64,000 nucleotides of DNA from Amphiscolops sp. MND2022 (Eukaryota). Positions within the stretch are counted from its first letter, which is position 1; every line of letters begins with the position of its first letter. The notes beneath the pieces were generated by a model, which was not told where the DNA came from, searched no databases, and worked only from the letters and a program-made list of their open reading frames with translations. Both the position numbers and the translations under genes were made by a program. This document shows, piece after piece, positions 63,476 through 64,000 of this stretch. Location of the stretch: the NCBI GenBank assembly GCA_964187785.1, contig OZ076410.1:82584001-82648000 (forward strand), read 5' to 3'.

Positions 63476-63873
63476 ATGTCGACAAAAAGAAGCCAAAAGA
63501 GAAGAAACAATCAGCAAGAGAGCGCCGTAAGGGTAAGTGAAGGTTTAGTTTCACCGTTATTATTAGAAAATGTTTGTCATCTAAGCCAAGACGGATGCAT
63601 TGCGGGACCTTCAAACACGAATTTCCCCAGGATCGAAAACAGTTTCTTAGAGAATTTAAGGACTTCTTTGAAGGAAGAATTAACTTCTGAATCAAAAATC
63701 TCCTCAGAGAATCTCAGAAAGAAATGCTGAAACTGTTGAAACCTAAAACATGAGAAAATGTAAGAGAAAGCGTTGAAGAAGAACTAGAAAAAAAATAAGG
63801 AGTTTCTACACGCTTACAAAATCCGTTAGGATAAATTCAACTCAAAACGACAAACCGGTTACAAGTCGTAACA
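63476..63873 (+). mobile_element. LTR-retrotransposon 5' fragment (gag-leader-like ORF ending in an LTR-type terminus)
   Basis: MSTKRSQKRRNNQQES..LRTSLKEELTSE is a charged helical ORF; the segment ends ...AGTCGTAACA (63864-63873), almost the same as the terminus AGTCGTTACA read on the minus strand at 34934-34943. Confidence 0.35.
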
Positions 63874-64000
63874 TTTCATCATGCCGCAAACTCTGTTCTT
63901 CAAAATAACGCCTGTACATTACAATTTCCTGAACAATTTAGGTGAACAATTTTGAAGAGGTTGTTTTCTAGCGGAAGCCCAACAGTGATGTAAAGTACTG

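Overview
Eukaryotic, metazoan-type, AT-rich DNA that is almost entirely a graveyard of transposable elements; there are no prokaryotic features and I cannot identify the species from sequence alone. From left to right: (1) a C2H2-zinc-finger + tyrosine-recombinase-like gene on the minus strand that runs off the window edge and is missed by the ORF track; (2) a (GAT)28 microsatellite; (3) a decayed BEL/Pao LTR retrotransposon carrying a 3.53-kb head-to-tail duplication, abutting the 3' end of a second BEL family in the opposite orientation; (4) a heavily decayed Ty3/Gypsy element (12.4-16.4 kb); (5) tRNA-derived SINE-like repeats; (6) a very large minus-strand Ty3/Gypsy element (about 21.9-37.7 kb) with a 2.07-kb internal tandem duplication, two TARG1/OARD1-like macrodomains downstream of integrase and a further long accessory ORF with an SGNH-hydrolase-like core; (7) the only intact long ORF, an intronless 583-aa AIG1/septin-like P-loop GTPase with a Cys/His-rich domain; (8) a 4-copy ~1-kb tandem array derived from a Ty1/Copia gag 5' fragment; (9) a spliced, decayed hAT-like transposase gene with a divergently oriented accessory ORF; (10) solo-LTR-like and other remnants. 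All domain calls come from motif recognition by eye and need HMM confirmation.
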